Part shown: positions 40,411 to 49,603 of the stretch, piece after piece
Layout: every line of letters begins with the position of its first letter
Position numbering within the stretch: position 1 is the first letter of the stretch
Notes under the pieces: model-generated
Told to the model about the DNA's origin: nothing
What the model saw: the letters and a program-made list of their open reading frames with translations, nothing else
Databases searched by the model: none
Translations under genes and position numbers: made by a program
From: Nitrospirota bacterium
GTDB taxonomy: Bacteria > Nitrospirota > Thermodesulfovibrionia > Thermodesulfovibrionales > JdFR-85
Reading direction: 5' to 3'
Length of the DNA stretch: 64,000 nucleotides
NCBI GenBank assembly: GCA_015492645.1
Contig: WGER01000029.1
Location: 3,621-67,620, forward strand

Positions 40411-40678
40411 TACCGAAATTTGCTGTTAGAGTTTCTGTCAATGCTATAATAGCGCCCTAAATTGCCGTTAGAGTTTCAACCACAATGTGAGAGGATTCAC
40501 ACAGTAGGTAAGGCGGGTAGTGCTGGTGAGGCATCAAATTCAGCGATACCTTTAGTGCAGAGGCCAGTGCCACAACCTCTGTGTCTGAAGAAGGTTACAA
40601 CCTAATGTAATAAAACTCATCGCATAATTTGTGTCCGAACCAGCACTGCCCGCCTAAGGAATCTGTCGCATAAATCCT
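40411..40678. mobile_element. MITE-like structured element containing repeat copy 2 (40539-40678)
   Basis: Tandem TIR-like motif AATT(T)GCYGTTAGAGTTTC at ~40417 and ~40460; long imperfect inverted repeat 40492-40547 / 40619-40678. Confidence 0.6.
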
Positions 40679-40799
40679 TTTGAGTGATTAAGATAGGCAG
40701 CCTTTAAGGTAATACCATGCTAAATCCCTGCAGGTGCTGTAAGTAAACGTGGGGCAGTGCCTTGATGATTGAGGATCTGTCGTACACTCCTTTAACTTG

Positions 40800-40835
40800 G
40801 AATTCCCCGTGGTCTTGCCACGGGGTAGTTCATTA
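40800..40835 (-). repeat. GC-rich palindrome resembling an IS200/IS605 end hairpin; may also terminate mglA
   Basis: Minus strand reads ATGAACTACCCCGTGGCAAGACCACGGGGAATTC. Confidence 0.5.
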
Positions 40836-40865
40836 TCGCGGTTACAAGCCCTGGCCGGATGATGT

Positions 40866-41453
40866 TTAGTAGTTTTTCTTCAGTTCCTTCAGTATCTGTT
40901 TGCCTATGTCCTTTAGAGTCTCAAAAACCCCCACACCCTCAGTGGCTATCGCCTCATAGTAGGGGACATTATTGGGGTTCAGGACCCTCTGCATCTCTTC
41001 CACCGGTACTATATTGGGCAGGTCTCTCTTATTGTACTGGATGGTGAATGGGATCCTCTCCAGGTCATATCCATACTCTGCCAGGTTTATCTTCAGATCC
41101 TCCAAACTCTCGATATTTGCATCCATCCTCTCGATCTGGCTGTCAGCCACAAAGACCACACCATCCACACCCTTCAGAATCAGTTTCCTGCTTGCTGCAT
41201 AAAAGACCTGGCCTGGTACGGTATAGAGATGGAATCTCACCCTGAAACCCCTGATGTCTCCAAGCGCCAGTGGAAGAAAGTCAAAGAACAGCGTCCTCTC
41301 TGTCTCTGTGGCTAAGGAGATGAGTTTACCCTTCTGCTCTGGAGCCGTCTTTTTGTAGATATACTGCAGATTTGTGGTCTTACCACAGAGGCCTGGCCCA
41401 TAATACACAATCTTACAATTTATTTCCCGCGTGGAGTAATTGATGAATGACAC
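40866..41453 (-). CDS. mglA: Small Ras-like GTPase MglA
   Basis: MSFINYSTREINCKIVYYGPGLCGKTTNL, RTLFFDF, YTVPGQVFY, NKRDL. Confidence 0.96.
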   Translation of the reverse strand: MSFINYSTREINCKIVYYGPGLCGKTTNLQYIYKKTAPEQKGKLISLATETERTLFFDFLPLALGDIRGFRVRFHLYTVPGQVFYAASRKLILKGVDGVVFVADSQIERMDANIESLEDLKINLAEYGYDLERIPFTIQYNKRDLPNIVPVEEMQRVLNPNNVPYYEAIATEGVGVFETLKDIGKQILKELKKNY

Positions 41454-41462
41454 TTTCTTACC

Positions 41463-41951
41463 TTACCCAAAGAGTTTCTCAATATCTTCATCTGTTATAT
41501 CTGCAAAGGGAGATATCTCTTCCACCTTCTTTTCTGGTCTCCTGGTCTCGAGTTCACTGAAGACCTGTTCCAGCACCTGCGACGACTTCTTCACCCTGAG
41601 TCTGACAAGTCCGAGGGAAGACCTCTGATCAAATACCACCACGAGTATGACCTTATTTGCCACAAGGGAGATATGGATATTGTCCCTTTCACCCTCGTGA
41701 AAGAGTATGGAAAACTCCTTCTGGCCGAGCAACTTGGCGATACCACCTGTGGCTGCAATATTGCCGGCAGTCAGTGAAGCAAGCGCGGTTGTATCAATAT
41801 TTCTTGTTTCGCCCACGGAGGCGATGAGTTGTCCATTTCTGTCTACAAGGAAGACGAGTTTTGCGTTGGAGAGTTGATAGAGCCTTCTCAACTCCTCATC
41901 GATCCTCTTGAAGGCATCTTCATAGAGTACGAATTCAGCCATAGCCTTCAA
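41463..41951 (-). CDS. mglB: Roadblock/LC7 GTPase-activating protein MglB
   Basis: FLVDRNGQLIA, LASLTAGNIAATGG, EFSILFHEG, SSLGLVRLRVKK, DIEKLF; alternative start ATG 41942. Confidence 0.94.
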   Translation of the reverse strand: MKAMAEFVLYEDAFKRIDEELRRLYQLSNAKLVFLVDRNGQLIASVGETRNIDTTALASLTAGNIAATGGIAKLLGQKEFSILFHEGERDNIHISLVANKVILVVVFDQRSSLGLVRLRVKKSSQVLEQVFSELETRRPEKKVEEISPFADITDEDIEKLFG

Positions 41952-41969
41952 TGAGTTTCAAATCCTGTC

Positions 41970-42932
41970 CTAAGAGGCAGTCTCTTCTTCCTGATCCTTC
42001 CAGAATGCCTCCTCTCTCAAGAGTGCCTCCCACTCCCTGTCCACATATTCCTGAATCTGTTGAAGGATGTGCTCATTGTCGGGTGAGAAGAGGTGTCTGA
42101 ACCTGCCCTGTGTCTTCAGGAACTCCACAACGGGCCTCTTTTCCTTCGGTTTGTAGTTTATTGTGAGTCTGCCATTTTCATATTCGTACAGTGGCCAGAA
42201 GCAGGTCTCTACCGCCAGTTTCGTATCCTGTATCGTCGTGTTGGTGCCGGTCCTCCAGCCGCGGTTACAGTGGGCAAGGATATTAATAAAGGCGGGTCCA
42301 TCCACATCCAGGGCCTTACGGACCTTGGTCATCAGGTCACGCCAGTGAGCAGGAGTAGTCTGGGCTACATAGGGGATCCCATGGGCAGCCATTATCTTTG
42401 TGAGATTCTTTCTGGGTTGCAATTTGCCAGGGATCACCTTCCCAGCAGGTGAGGTGGTGGTATTAGCACCCAGCGGTGTGGCGCTCGAACGCTGAATACC
42501 CGTGTTCATATAGGCACCGTTGTCATAGCAGATATAGACTATATCATGACCCCTTTCCATCGCACCTGACAGGCTCTGGAAACCGATATCATAGGTCCCG
42601 CCATCACCGCCAAAGGCTATAAACTTTATCTTCCTGTCAATTTTGCCCTTCTTCCTGAGTGCCCTGTACATCGTCTCCACCCCTGATATGGTGGCTGCAG
42701 CATTCTCAAAGGCGGTATGGATCCAGGGTATCCTCCAGGCGGTATAGGGATATATGGTTGTGGAGACCTCAAGGCAGCCAGTTGCATTGGCAGCCACAAC
42801 AGGCACCTCTGCTGCAAGAAGCACCTGCCTGACGGCAATCGGTGCCCCACAGCCCGAGCAGAGTCTGTGACCTCCTGTGAGGAGTTCCTCCTTTTTCGAG
42901 AGTTCCTTTAATCTTAAAGGGGTTGTGCTCAT
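41970..42932 (-). CDS. porB: Pyruvate:ferredoxin oxidoreductase beta subunit
   Basis: GHRLCSGCG, ATGCLEV, FENAAA, GGDGGTYDIG, YDNGAYMNTGIQRS. Confidence 0.92.
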   Translation of the reverse strand: MSTTPLRLKELSKKEELLTGGHRLCSGCGAPIAVRQVLLAAEVPVVAANATGCLEVSTTIYPYTAWRIPWIHTAFENAAATISGVETMYRALRKKGKIDRKIKFIAFGGDGGTYDIGFQSLSGAMERGHDIVYICYDNGAYMNTGIQRSSATPLGANTTTSPAGKVIPGKLQPRKNLTKIMAAHGIPYVAQTTPAHWRDLMTKVRKALDVDGPAFINILAHCNRGWRTGTNTTIQDTKLAVETCFWPLYEYENGRLTINYKPKEKRPVVEFLKTQGRFRHLFSPDNEHILQQIQEYVDREWEALLREEAFWKDQEEETAS

Positions 42933-42952
42933 CTCTCCTCTCCTTATCTGAT

Positions 42953-44131
42953 TTATTCTCTCACACCGAGGTAGTCCTTCTGGACCTCTACCTCGCCGGT
43001 CTCAAGCACCTTCACCATTTGCTGAATCGCCTGTTCCGCATGCTCTGGCATAAAGTCCCTGCCACCAAGACCGTAGATCCAGTTCAACATGAGGGGTCTT
43101 GCCCCATTTGTAGTAAATGCAGAGGCCACCTCCATGTATGTGGGGCCAAAACCGCCAAAGGAGTCCGCCCTGTCAAGTACACCCACCACCTTTGCATTCC
43201 CTAAGGCCTCTGCCACCTCCCTGTAGGGGAATGGCCTGAAGAGCCTGGGCTTGAGCAGACCCACCTTAATACCTCTGTCCCTGTAACTGTCCACCACATC
43301 CTTCATGGTCCCGGCAGCAGAGTTCAGTATCACCACCGCAATCTCTGCATCATCGAGTCTATAGGATTCAAAGAGGCCGTAACTCCTGCCACTTATCCTT
43401 TCAAACTCCTTCGCCACCTCCAGCACGACATCTTTCACATGGAGCATCGCCTCGTGCTGCTGTCGCTTGAATTCCATGTAATAGTCAGGCAGGACAAGTG
43501 GGCCATAGGTGACCGGGTGATCCACATCAAGCAGGGGATAGGTAGCCCTGTACTCACCTACAAATTCCTTCACCACATCGTCAGGCAGAAGTTCCATACT
43601 CTCTATTGAGTGGCTTATTATAAAGCCGTCCATACAGACCATCACCGGAAGCCTCACATCAGGATGTTCTCCAATCTTTACTGCCTGGATCACATTGTCA
43701 TAGGCCTCCTGGGCATTCTCTGAGTACAGTTGTATCCATCCACTGTCTCTTGCCCCCATACTGTCTGAATGGTCTCCGTGTATGTTGATTGGTGCAGAAA
43801 GGGCCCTGTTTACCACCGGCATAACTATGGGAAGCCTCATACCTGAGGCGATATAAAGCATCTCCCACATCAGGGCGAGACCCTGTGAGGAGGTTGCTGT
43901 CATCACCCTCCCACCACCTGCAGCAGCCCCGATGCAGGCACTCATTGCACTGTGCTCACTCTCAACAGTTATGAGTTCTGTGTCCACCTCCCCATCAGCC
44001 ACAAAGGTGGCAAACCTCTGCATTATCTCTGTCTGGGGTGTTATGGGATAGGCGGCACAGACATCAGGATTAATCTGTTTCATTGCTGTGGCAACCGCCT
44101 GGTTACCAGTTAATGCGAGTTTCTTCCCCAT
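42953..44131 (-). CDS. porA: Pyruvate:ferredoxin oxidoreductase alpha subunit
   Basis: AYPITPQT, ESEHSAMS, TATSSQGL, NRALSAP, YGLGGRD; ATG 44131 overlaps the porD stop. Confidence 0.92.
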   Translation of the reverse strand: MGKKLALTGNQAVATAMKQINPDVCAAYPITPQTEIMQRFATFVADGEVDTELITVESEHSAMSACIGAAAGGGRVMTATSSQGLALMWEMLYIASGMRLPIVMPVVNRALSAPINIHGDHSDSMGARDSGWIQLYSENAQEAYDNVIQAVKIGEHPDVRLPVMVCMDGFIISHSIESMELLPDDVVKEFVGEYRATYPLLDVDHPVTYGPLVLPDYYMEFKRQQHEAMLHVKDVVLEVAKEFERISGRSYGLFESYRLDDAEIAVVILNSAAGTMKDVVDSYRDRGIKVGLLKPRLFRPFPYREVAEALGNAKVVGVLDRADSFGGFGPTYMEVASAFTTNGARPLMLNWIYGLGGRDFMPEHAEQAIQQMVKVLETGEVEVQKDYLGVRE

Positions 44132-44418
44132 CACTTGCCCTCCTCTACCATCACTATCGCCTTCTGCCCCTTCTTGCCCGGGCACTCATTGGCACAGATT
44201 CCACATCCCTTACAGTGTAGATAGTCAAAGTCCTCCCGCTTGCCATCCTTCACATTAACAGCCCCATCCGGACAGTAAATCCAGCAGAACAGACACTGTA
44301 TGCAGTTCTCAGGCTTCCAGACAGGCCTGAAGGCCCGCCATGAGCCTGTATTGTACTGCACTGCATTACCTGCATCCGGTATAACACCGCCCATCGGTAT
44401 ATCTCTCCATCCCTTCAT
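44131..44418 (-). CDS. porD: Pyruvate:ferredoxin oxidoreductase delta subunit, 2x[4Fe-4S]
   Basis: TGSWR..RP, CIQCLFCWIYCPD, CKGCGICANECP. Confidence 0.92.
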   Translation of the reverse strand: MKGWRDIPMGGVIPDAGNAVQYNTGSWRAFRPVWKPENCIQCLFCWIYCPDGAVNVKDGKREDFDYLHCKGCGICANECPGKKGQKAIVMVEEGK

Positions 44419-44990
44419 CCCTCTTTCACCTCCTCATAACCCCTTCTTGTTGCCTCAAGATTGGCAACTATCACCTTCTCTGAGAACTTACTCCCGAAAC
44501 TCGCCTTCACGTCCTCAAGAAGTGTATCAAGGTCAACAATACCTGATGCCCTGGCAAGGGCACCGAGCATAGTGGAATTCGGAAGTGGCCTTCCTATAGT
44601 GTCAATGGCAATCTTTGTGGCATCAACGGTAAATACCTTCTGAGTTGGTTTCAGATTCAGTTTCTGTCTCAACTCCTCAGGACTGTGAGAGGTATTCACC
44701 ACAAAGATGGCATCATCAGGAGCACCCTCGGTAACATCAATGCTCTCTATCAGGGTCGCATCCACTACCACCACTATGTTCGGCCTCGTTACCGGGGCAT
44801 GGATCCTCAATTCCCTGTCACTGATTCGGTTATAAGCCCTCACAGGGGCGCCTGCCCTTTCAGGTCCGTATTCAGGAAAGGCCTGGACATTCTTGCCCTT
44901 GCTAAGACACGCATCTGCAAGGACCTTTGCTGCCGTTACTGTCCCCTGACCTCCTCTGCCATGCCATCTGATCTCGATGGTTTCTCCCAT
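44415..44990 (-). CDS. porC: Pyruvate:ferredoxin oxidoreductase gamma subunit
   Basis: EIRWHGRGGQG, FPEYGPERAGAPV, NSTMLGA; SD GGAGGAG before ATG 44990. Confidence 0.92.
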   Translation of the reverse strand: MGETIEIRWHGRGGQGTVTAAKVLADACLSKGKNVQAFPEYGPERAGAPVRAYNRISDRELRIHAPVTRPNIVVVVDATLIESIDVTEGAPDDAIFVVNTSHSPEELRQKLNLKPTQKVFTVDATKIAIDTIGRPLPNSTMLGALARASGIVDLDTLLEDVKASFGSKFSEKVIVANLEATRRGYEEVKEG

Positions 44991-45014
44991 GTCTCCTCCC
45001 GAGATAATGAAGTT

Positions 45015-45044
45015 ATTGTAGAGGATTGAGCCTTTATAATGCAA
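45015..45044 (-). promoter_or_regulatory. Putative sigma70 promoter of porCDAB
   Basis: Minus strand TTGCAT, 18 nt spacer, TACAAT. Confidence 0.5.
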
Positions 45045-45050
45045 GTTAAG

Positions 45051-45089
45051 CACAGGGGGCTGAAGGCCCTTCAGGCCTTCAGCCCTGTG
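45051..45089 (-). terminator. Strong hairpin over the stop codon of the NuoG-like gene
   Basis: GGGCTGAAGGCC-CTTCA-GGCCTTCAGCCC, 12-bp perfect stem; no clear U-tract. Confidence 0.45.
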
Positions 45090-47071
45090 ACCTCCACCTG
45101 CCTCAGCCAGAGTAGCCTTGAGCCCTCTATCACAGAGTTGTTCAGGGCAGGGATGAGTTCTGATGGGTTGTACTGGAGGTCATCCCTCTTTCTTATCTCT
45201 GCTGGGGTGAGTGTTGGCTTGAATGCCTTGAGTTGTTTTTTAACATCAGCAGTCTTCGCCACCTTCAGTTCCTTCTCCATCACCTTTGAAAGCCCCCTCA
45301 GGGTCTCTCTCACTGTCCTTGACTCCCCGTAGGGATCCACCGCCTGCTCAACGGTCTTAAGATGTCCCATATAGTCCACGATACTACCAGACATCTCGTA
45401 CACAGTTGTGGTCGGCAGAACAAGGTCAGCCTCCATCGCAAGCGAACTCATATGTGTGTTCTGAACAACCAGAAAATCAACATCTTCAGGCCTCTTTATA
45501 GGCACCTCTCCCAGACAGTACATGACCCTTGTTGCACCACCTACAAGTTCCCTGTATCTATAACCACTACCGACGAAACCCATAAGGAGTGTCCCCTTCG
45601 CATTCGCCTCAACCGGCACAGAAAGCACCCCGCCCTTAAGGATACCGAAGGCCTTTGTAGACTCAAAGAATAAAGGAGTAGTGATGACCAAAGGGGAGTC
45701 TGCATCAACAAACATCTGGGCAGCCTTTTCGGCATCCTCGGTAACAGGGACATCCGGCAGGCTGACAGACTCGGGCTGTCTGAGACCCTTCTTTGATAGT
45801 GCCCGCAGCAGACTGCTGATCCCGGAGACCTCCTCTCCCTCCAGAACAACATGGGCAACATCCCCAAGAGTAGTTCCGCCTATCACCACCAGTTTCGCAC
45901 CCCTTGCCACCTTCTTTCTTATCGAGGCATCAAGGGCTGCCAGTACCCGATCCCACTGGGATGCAGACAGGCCGACAACCACCAGCAGGTCAGACTCCTG
46001 TATATCATAGGATGGACCGAGCAGTGAATCGGCATCTGCGTACAGGCTCACCGTGGAGTCATAACTGTTTATACCTGTGGACTCCGCAAAGGCCCTGAGC
46101 GTCAGGAGATCCTCATTCAGGAGGTTGCCTGTGGTGATGATTCCCACCTCTGCCGGATTTCTCATCGCCTCAGCCATACTCTCAAGCGCCTCCTGCCAAC
46201 TCACGGGCCTCAATTCCCCGTCAATCCTCTTGAGGGGCTCTGTTATCCTCTTATCAGAGTTTATAAAATCAAAACCGAACCTTCCATAGGCACAGATATA
46301 ATGGTCAACCCTCTCCTCAGGTGTGCCTATATTCACCTTTGCCACATCCCTGCCGTGTACACTCACCACCGTGCTACAACCACAGCCACAACCGAGACAC
46401 ACTGATCCGAACCTCCGGTACTCCCACTCCCTTCCCTTCCGCCATCTGTCAGCCTCAAGGAGGGCATTCACTGGACAGGCATCCACACAACTGCCACAGA
46501 AGGTACAGCCAGCCTCGTGCAGGGGTCTATCCTCTGCAGTCACCACCCTGGAACCCACTCCTCGGCCATAGAAGTCAAGCACAGAGGTCCCCTGTTCCTT
46601 ACAGACCCTCACACACCTCCCACAGAGTATGCAGTAGTCAGGGTCACGCTTTATAAAGGGGTTTTTGTCGTCCACAGGAAAACCAAACTTTTTACGGGTG
46701 AATGAACTCTCCTTCACCTCGTATTCATAGGCATACCTCTGAAGGTCACATACTCCCGCCTTCGTACAGGTCATGCAGTCAAGCGGATGCATGGAGACTA
46801 TCAGGTCCACCACAAACCGTCTCAACTCCCTTATCTTCTCACTGTCAGTGACCACATCAAGGTCCTCCTTCACACGGGTGTTACAGGCGATGGTCATCCT
46901 TCCACCAATCTCAACCATGCACATCCTGCAGGCACCTATCCCCTTCATCCCCTTGATATAGCAGAAATTGGGTATATGTATCCCCACAGACTCCGCAGCG
47001 TCAATCAGATTTACCCCTTCAGGAAGCCTGTATTCCTTACCGTCTATCCTCACCCTCACCTTCTTAGCCAT
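45071..47071 (-). CDS. NuoG/FdhA-like Fe-S protein with a molybdopterin-fold C-terminus lacking the catalytic Cys/Sec
   Basis: [2Fe-2S] (FC...GACRMC...AC), HPLDCMTC...C, CILCGRCVRVC, CTFCGSCVDACP, CLGCGCGC...C; the DxCxRxC/U segment of formate dehydrogenases is replaced by DSTVSLY. Confidence 0.85.
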   Translation of the reverse strand: MAKKVRVRIDGKEYRLPEGVNLIDAAESVGIHIPNFCYIKGMKGIGACRMCMVEIGGRMTIACNTRVKEDLDVVTDSEKIRELRRFVVDLIVSMHPLDCMTCTKAGVCDLQRYAYEYEVKESSFTRKKFGFPVDDKNPFIKRDPDYCILCGRCVRVCKEQGTSVLDFYGRGVGSRVVTAEDRPLHEAGCTFCGSCVDACPVNALLEADRWRKGREWEYRRFGSVCLGCGCGCSTVVSVHGRDVAKVNIGTPEERVDHYICAYGRFGFDFINSDKRITEPLKRIDGELRPVSWQEALESMAEAMRNPAEVGIITTGNLLNEDLLTLRAFAESTGINSYDSTVSLYADADSLLGPSYDIQESDLLVVVGLSASQWDRVLAALDASIRKKVARGAKLVVIGGTTLGDVAHVVLEGEEVSGISSLLRALSKKGLRQPESVSLPDVPVTEDAEKAAQMFVDADSPLVITTPLFFESTKAFGILKGGVLSVPVEANAKGTLLMGFVGSGYRYRELVGGATRVMYCLGEVPIKRPEDVDFLVVQNTHMSSLAMEADLVLPTTTVYEMSGSIVDYMGHLKTVEQAVDPYGESRTVRETLRGLSKVMEKELKVAKTADVKKQLKAFKPTLTPAEIRKRDDLQYNPSELIPALNNSVIEGSRLLWLRQVEVTGLKA

Positions 47072-47096
47072 TGAGTCCTCCTTTAAAGATTTTATT

Positions 47097-47696
47097 TCAG
47101 ACCCCCACCTGCTGGGGCTCTTGCTCTGCGACATCCACTATCTCTATCGCCCCATACTGGCAGACCTTTATACACTCACCACACCTGCTGCACCTCTTAT
47201 CCACTATCTCAAAGGGGAGATACCCCGTTCTATAGGGTGCCTTCTTCTCACCCACAATCGCAAAGTCCTTGCAGACCTCAAGACAGTCTCCACACATGGT
47301 GCATTTTTCAGGAATCACCCTGTATCTGATGAGCGCCTTACAGACCCTTTCAGGACACCTACCGGTGGCATGGGCGACATAGACATCCTCCTGCTCCTTT
47401 AGACTCTTCTCTATGTACTCAGCCACATCCTTTCCCCTCTTACACATAGAGGAGATGAACATCTTGGGAACAATCTCTCTTATCGCATCTATGTCCTCCC
47501 TGCCACCACGCCCCTCAATCAGGTTCCTCACCCTTATCCTCATCTCGTAACTACCCATCGGACAGGGCAGACACCTGCCACACATCGGCCCATCAATAAA
47601 CTCATCTAACAGACGTATCACCCTGTGAAGGAGACACCTTTCAGACTCGATCTCCTTAAAAATATCCTTCAGGGTCTTGGCCTTCTCATCACTCAT
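47097..47696 (-). CDS. Stand-alone HydB/NuoF C-terminal Fe-S module
   Basis: CGRCLPC...SMC, H...RC....C, CTMCGDCLEVC, CSRCGECIKVC; SD GGAGG before ATG 47696. Confidence 0.8.
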   Translation of the reverse strand: MSDEKAKTLKDIFKEIESERCLLHRVIRLLDEFIDGPMCGRCLPCPMGSYEMRIRVRNLIEGRGGREDIDAIREIVPKMFISSMCKRGKDVAEYIEKSLKEQEDVYVAHATGRCPERVCKALIRYRVIPEKCTMCGDCLEVCKDFAIVGEKKAPYRTGYLPFEIVDKRCSRCGECIKVCQYGAIEIVDVAEQEPQQVGV

Positions 47697-47707
47697 AGAT
47701 CCTCCTT

Positions 47708-49603
47708 TCAGACCTTCTCTGTAACTTCTTTTTTCCTCGGTACCTTCTCTATCTTTACAGCACCTATCGGACATGCCAGATAACAGGCCTTACACTTCAC
47801 ACAGACTGACTGGTCAATGTAGAATTTATCCCTCAGTTCCTTCACAGCCCCATATGCACATGCCTGCTTGCAGAGCCCGCAGAGGAAACACTCGGTATGT
47901 TCTATCCTGAAAAGTCCCAGCCCCTTACAGACCTTTGCCCTGCAGTACTTGTCGTAGATGTGTTCCTCGTATTCCTCTCTGAAGTACCTCAGGGTACTCA
48001 ACACGGGGTTGGGTGCACTCTGACCCAGACCGCACAGGGAGGCCGCCTTCACCCTATGGGCGAGTTTCTCAAGTCTCTCAAGGTCTTCAGGTTCGCCCTC
48101 ACCACAGACAATCCTGTCCATTATCTGGAGCATCTGGTAGGTACCTATCCTGCAGGGGGGGCACTTACCACAGGACTCTGCCTGGGTAAAACTCAAGAAG
48201 TATCTTGCCACATCCACCATACAGGTATCCTCATCCATCACCACCATCCCGCCTGAACCCATCATGGAGCCGAGTTCCCATAGAGAGTCAAAATCCACAG
48301 GGGTGTCCAGGTGCTCCTCAGGGATGCACCCCCCGGAGGGACCACCTGTCTGGACCGCCTTGAACTTCTTATCACCAATAATGCCGCCGCCTATATCGAA
48401 GATTATCTCCCTCAGGGTGGTACCCATCGGGACCTCCACCAGACCGGTGTTTTTCACCTTTCCTGTAAGAGCGAAGACCTTGGTCCCCGGTGAGTTGGGT
48501 GTGCCGATGCACCTGAACCAGTCTGCTCCCTTCTCTATTATCACGGGCACGCAGGCAAAGGTCTCCACATTGTTCAGGTTTGCCGGGTAGCCCCAGGGAC
48601 CACCCCCGGGCTCCGAGACCCTCGGTGGCCTCGCCCTCGGGAATCCCCTCTCACCCATTATGGAGGCAACCAGTGCCGTCGCCTCACCACAGACAAAGGC
48701 ACCTGCACCCTCACGAATATCGAGGAAGAAGTCAAAACCTGTGCCGAGGATATTCTCTCCCAGAAGCCCCAGGTCCTCTGCCTGCTGGATCGCTATCCTG
48801 AGGTTCTTCACCGCTAAGGGATACTCATGCCTCACATAGATGAAGCCATACCTCGCCCCAATCGCATATGCACAGAGGAGCATCCCCTCTATAAGGCTGT
48901 GGGGATCACCCTCCATGATTGACCTGTCCATGAACGCACCTGGATCACCCTCATCCCCGTTGGCTATTACCATCTTGATGTCACCAGGGGCGTGCTTCGT
49001 ATGCCTCCACTTTCTGCCTGCTGGAAAGCCTGCACCACCACGGCCGCGGAGATTAGCCCTGTCCACCTCATCAAGCACCTCGTCAGGGCTCATGCTACTA
49101 AGGGCCTTCTCAAGGGCCTTATACCCGCCAACTGCTATGTAGTGGTAGATGTTGCGGGGGTCTATTCTCCCGTTGTTCCGGAGGGCTACCCTCACCTGTT
49201 TCTTGTAAAAAGGCAACTCGTCCATCAGTTCATAGGGCTCTGAATAGAGGCTCTCCCTCTCCATCAGGTGTCTGACAGGATATCCCCCGGTGAGGGTCCC
49301 TGACACGATAGCCTCAGCGTCATCACTCCTGACCTTCCTGTAGAAGTAGCCGAAGGGTTCCACCTTCATCACCGGCCCCTTCTGACAGAGACCCTGGCAG
49401 CCCGTCCTCACAATCTGGACATCCAGACCCCTCTCTTTCGCCTTCTGTTCAATGGCCTCAATCACCTTCAGTGAGCCCGATGCCATACAGGCGGTCCCGG
49501 TGCAGGCTCTTATTATCTCCTTGTCTCTGGGGAAGGTCTCCTCCTGCAGAAGGAGCCTCAGGTTTCTCAGTTCCTCTATACTCTTAAGCCTTCCCATCAC
49601 CAT
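47708..49603 (-). CDS. HydB/NuoF-like FMN and NAD(H)-binding subunit
   Basis: N-terminal CTGTAC...GCQGLC, LRGRGGAGFP, GDEGDPGAFMDRS, GAFVCGE, GGPSGG, SCGKCPPC...LCGLG, two C-terminal CxxCxxCxxxC motifs. Confidence 0.92.
   Translation of the reverse strand: MVMGRLKSIEELRNLRLLLQEETFPRDKEIIRACTGTACMASGSLKVIEAIEQKAKERGLDVQIVRTGCQGLCQKGPVMKVEPFGYFYRKVRSDDAEAIVSGTLTGGYPVRHLMERESLYSEPYELMDELPFYKKQVRVALRNNGRIDPRNIYHYIAVGGYKALEKALSSMSPDEVLDEVDRANLRGRGGAGFPAGRKWRHTKHAPGDIKMVIANGDEGDPGAFMDRSIMEGDPHSLIEGMLLCAYAIGARYGFIYVRHEYPLAVKNLRIAIQQAEDLGLLGENILGTGFDFFLDIREGAGAFVCGEATALVASIMGERGFPRARPPRVSEPGGGPWGYPANLNNVETFACVPVIIEKGADWFRCIGTPNSPGTKVFALTGKVKNTGLVEVPMGTTLREIIFDIGGGIIGDKKFKAVQTGGPSGGCIPEEHLDTPVDFDSLWELGSMMGSGGMVVMDEDTCMVDVARYFLSFTQAESCGKCPPCRIGTYQMLQIMDRIVCGEGEPEDLERLEKLAHRVKAASLCGLGQSAPNPVLSTLRYFREEYEEHIYDKYCRAKVCKGLGLFRIEHTECFLCGLCKQACAYGAVKELRDKFYIDQSVCVKCKACYLACPIGAVKIEKVPRKKEVTEKV

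Noticed and set aside
40411-40480. Tandem motif containing GTTAGAG as possible CRISPR repeats or integron att sites
   Set aside because: Only two short imperfect units, no cas or intI genes, and no match to GTTRRRY; better explained as duplicated element ends
40490-40680. Possible 6S RNA given its length and rod shape
   Set aside because: No clear 6S-type central bubble or conserved motif, and a partial duplicate exists at 29.9 kb
45071-47071. Annotation as formate dehydrogenase alpha subunit or selenoprotein
   Set aside because: No Cys or in-frame TGA at the Mo/W ligand position; the ORF is uninterrupted
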